The translations under genes and the position numbers were made by a program. The notes under the pieces were generated by a model, which did no database searches, had not been told where the DNA came from, and worked only from the letters and a program-made list of their open reading frames with translations. Shown here one piece after another: positions 16,620 through 18,544 of a stretch of 18,544 bases of DNA. Source of the DNA: Trueperaceae bacterium (lineage in GTDB: Bacteria > Deinococcota > Deinococci > Deinococcales > Trueperaceae). The stretch lies in the NCBI GenBank assembly GCA_035703635.1, contig DASSXV010000017.1, positions 1 through 18,544 of the forward strand, written 5' to 3'. How positions within the stretch are numbered: position 1 is the stretch's first letter; each line of letters begins with the position of its first letter.

Positions 16620-16684
16620 CATGGCACCACGCCCCGCTGGTCCCTAGAAGGCATCGGGCGGCGGCGGGAGAAGGACCTCAAGAG

Positions 16685-17503
16685 ATGCTCTACCTAGACT
16701 GGCAGTTGGAGCCCGTGCTCCTCGGAATGATCGCCACCGCAGCCGTGGCGTACTACCTCTCGGTGGGCCCGCTGCGCAAGCGCATAGCACCAGGGCAGCC
16801 GTACCCGACCGGGCACGCCATCGTCTTCGGGCTCGGCCTCCTGGCGCTGTTCCTAAACGAAGGCTCGCCCCTACACGACCTCGCCGAACGCTACTTGCTC
16901 TCGGCGCACATGCTGCAGCACCTGACGCTCACGTACGCCATCGCGCCGATCATCCTTGCAGGCACACCAAAGTGGCTGCTCAAGGCCTCGCTCGCCAACG
17001 CGCGCATGCTGCCGGTAACGAAAGTACTGCTCAGCCCGCTCATGGCTTTCGTGGTGTTCACGCTGGTGCTCTCCGTCTACCACCTACCCGCCATCTACGA
17101 CCTGGCGCTGTCCAACACTTCCCTGCACCACGCCGTTCACATCGTCATCCTCTTCGCATCCCTGATGGTCTGGTGGCCCATCATGAGCCCACTCGAGGAA
17201 CTCCCGCGTCCCGCGTTCATCGTGCGCATCGCGTACCTCTTCCTCCTGCCCGTCGCTCAGCTCCCGATCTTCGCTGGCATCACCTTCGCACCCGAACCGC
17301 TCTACGCCGCGTACGCCAACATGCCAGTGCGCGCCTTCGGCCTGTCGGTCCTCGAGGACCAGCAGATCAGCGGCGCCATCATGAAAGTAGCTGGCCTCAT
17401 CGCGTTCGGCATCCCGTTCATCGTCACGTTCCTGCAGTGGTTCATGAGCGAGGACAAGGGCCAAAGCTGGCGCCCTCAACCGCGGACACATAAGCCGTCG
17501 TGA
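16685..17503 (+). CDS. ctaG: Cytochrome c oxidase assembly factor CtaG (caa3/Bacillus type)
   Basis: Multi-TM protein with SPLHDLAERYLLSAHMLQH, APIILAGTP, YHLP.IYD, WWP, DQQISGAIMK. ATG 16685 follows a purine-rich gggagaagga stretch. Confidence 0.9.
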   Translation: MLYLDWQLEPVLLGMIATAAVAYYLSVGPLRKRIAPGQPYPTGHAIVFGLGLLALFLNEGSPLHDLAERYLLSAHMLQHLTLTYAIAPIILAGTPKWLLKASLANARMLPVTKVLLSPLMAFVVFTLVLSVYHLPAIYDLALSNTSLHHAVHIVILFASLMVWWPIMSPLEELPRPAFIVRIAYLFLLPVAQLPIFAGITFAPEPLYAAYANMPVRAFGLSVLEDQQISGAIMKVAGLIAFGIPFIVTFLQWFMSEDKGQSWRPQPRTHKPS

Positions 17504-18147
17504 GCGCAGCAACTAATCCCCTGCCAGGCAAGCTCCACGCCATCGCCTTCGACTGGGGAGGCGTATTCACCGAGGGCACGTTCGACTCCAGCGCCCACGC
17601 CCGCCTTGCCGAGCTTCACGGCCTGCCCGCCACCACCGTAGAGCCGCACTACCTGCACCTCATGGAGGCGTTCGAGGTAGGTGCGTACGACATGGCGGAG
17701 TTCCACCGCCGCTTCCAAGCGGCAGTCGGTGCCTCGTCAAGCCTCCCAGAGTTCCGCACCGCGTTCCTGGGCGCCGTGCGCGAGCGGCCGGCCATGTACG
17801 AGCTGCTGGCGGGGCTACCAGACGGCATCAAGATCGGCATGCTCTCCAACAACGTGCCGGAGCTATGTGACCTCGTGCGCGACGACCCACGCATGCGGCG
17901 CGTGCAAGCGCCCGTCTTCTCCAACGAGATAGGCGTCCGCAAGCCGGAACGAGCCGCGTTCGACGCCCTCTGCGACGCGCTCGGCTTGCCGCCGGAAGCC
18001 ATCGTGTTCATCGATGACAACGCCGCCAACATCGCCGCCTGCAACGCCCTCGGCTTCGCGGGCCTGCTCATCGACGACCTACCGAGTTTCGCGGCGCGCT
18101 GGCGCGCGACGCTGCCCGCACTAGCCCTACCGCGAGGCCTCGCGTGA
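17500..18147 (+). CDS. HAD-superfamily phosphatase (YihX-like, subfamily IA)
   Basis: Motif I AFDWGGV, motif II LSNN, motif III SNEIGVRKP, motif IV VFIDDNAANI. GTGA overlap with ctaG. Confidence 0.9.
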   Translation: MSAATNPLPGKLHAIAFDWGGVFTEGTFDSSAHARLAELHGLPATTVEPHYLHLMEAFEVGAYDMAEFHRRFQAAVGASSSLPEFRTAFLGAVRERPAMYELLAGLPDGIKIGMLSNNVPELCDLVRDDPRMRRVQAPVFSNEIGVRKPERAAFDALCDALGLPPEAIVFIDDNAANIAACNALGFAGLLIDDLPSFAARWRATLPALALPRGLA

Positions 18148-18544
18148 GCGGCCGCAGGGACGACGCGCAGTACGTCGAACACCTAGGCGACGACCGCGCC
18201 CTCTGGGAACCAGAGGCCACCGAACCGCGCGCCTTCAAACTGATCCAGGGCTACCTGTGGCACCCACGCGAGCAACAGCACGACATGGCCGCGCTTCTCC
18301 CGGAGGAGTTGGGGCCGGACGTCCACTTGCTCCTAGACGCCATGCCTGCAGCGCCGTTCACCTTCTTCGAGGACGGCACCCTCAGCGCTACCCAGGTCGT
18401 TTACCAGCTAACGGTAGTGGCCATCGTGCAGCCTGGCCAAGACCCGGCTGACCTGCTTCCCGAGATGGCCGAACGGCTCGAGGAGCGCCTCAACGCCACC
18501 CCAGCAGACGTCGGTTGGCAGCTCATGAGCGACCTGCGCGAGGT
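18144..18544 (+). CDS. DUF3208-like Deinococcus-Thermus protein (3' end just beyond the window)
   Basis: Absent from the ORF track. Open frame from GTG 18144 (GTGA overlap): MSGRRDDAQY...KLIQGYLWHPRE...PFTFFEDGTLSATQVVYQLTV...VGWQLMSDLRE. The QGYLWHP/FFEDGT/YQLT/VGW..DLR motifs match my recollection of DUF3208. Confidence 0.7.
   Translation, partial: MSGRRDDAQYVEHLGDDRALWEPEATEPRAFKLIQGYLWHPREQQHDMAALLPEELGPDVHLLLDAMPAAPFTFFEDGTLSATQVVYQLTVVAIVQPGQDPADLLPEMAERLEERLNATPADVGWQLMSDLRE

Noticed and set aside
16055-16684. 482-aa version of CtaG, or a frameshift fusion with the c552 gene
   Set aside because: The extension is an off-frame shadow of c552 plus the hairpin region; CtaG-like sequence starts at 16685.
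1-18544. CRISPR arrays, tRNA/rRNA, IS elements, His/Pro leader peptides or riboswitches
   Set aside because: No repeat-spacer periodicity, cloverleaf, transposase or His-rich leader seen; all intergenic gaps are about 200 bp or shorter.

Overview
High-GC bacterial chromosomal window with about 19 tightly packed genes and no RNA genes, mobile elements or CRISPR arrays that I can support. Deinococcota, possibly Trueperaceae-like, is inferred from a Thermus c552-like domain, a DUF3208-like gene and -10 boxes directly abutting start codons. Gene order: (+) DUF6384-like membrane protein, coiled-coil protein with Gly-rich tail, corA; (-) proB, DUF4345-like, hisZ, short hisG; (+) asd; (-) YdcF/DUF218; (+) degV, comM/yifB; (+) caa3-type cytochrome c oxidase operon (subunit II-cyt c, I, III, IV), ctaG, a HAD hydrolase and a DUF3208-like gene running off the window end. 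The most notable feature is oxidase subunit IV fused through a ~110-aa Ala/Pro/Thr-rich tether to a Thermus cytochrome c552-like domain, so the oxidase appears to carry its own tethered electron donor as well as the heme c on subunit II. Also of note: an uncharacterised DUF6384 + coiled-coil pair coupled to corA through an apparent CTG start; several leaderless-type promoters, one using the proB stop codon; a long G-U-containing hairpin before ctaG; and an unexplained exact 19-bp repeat.
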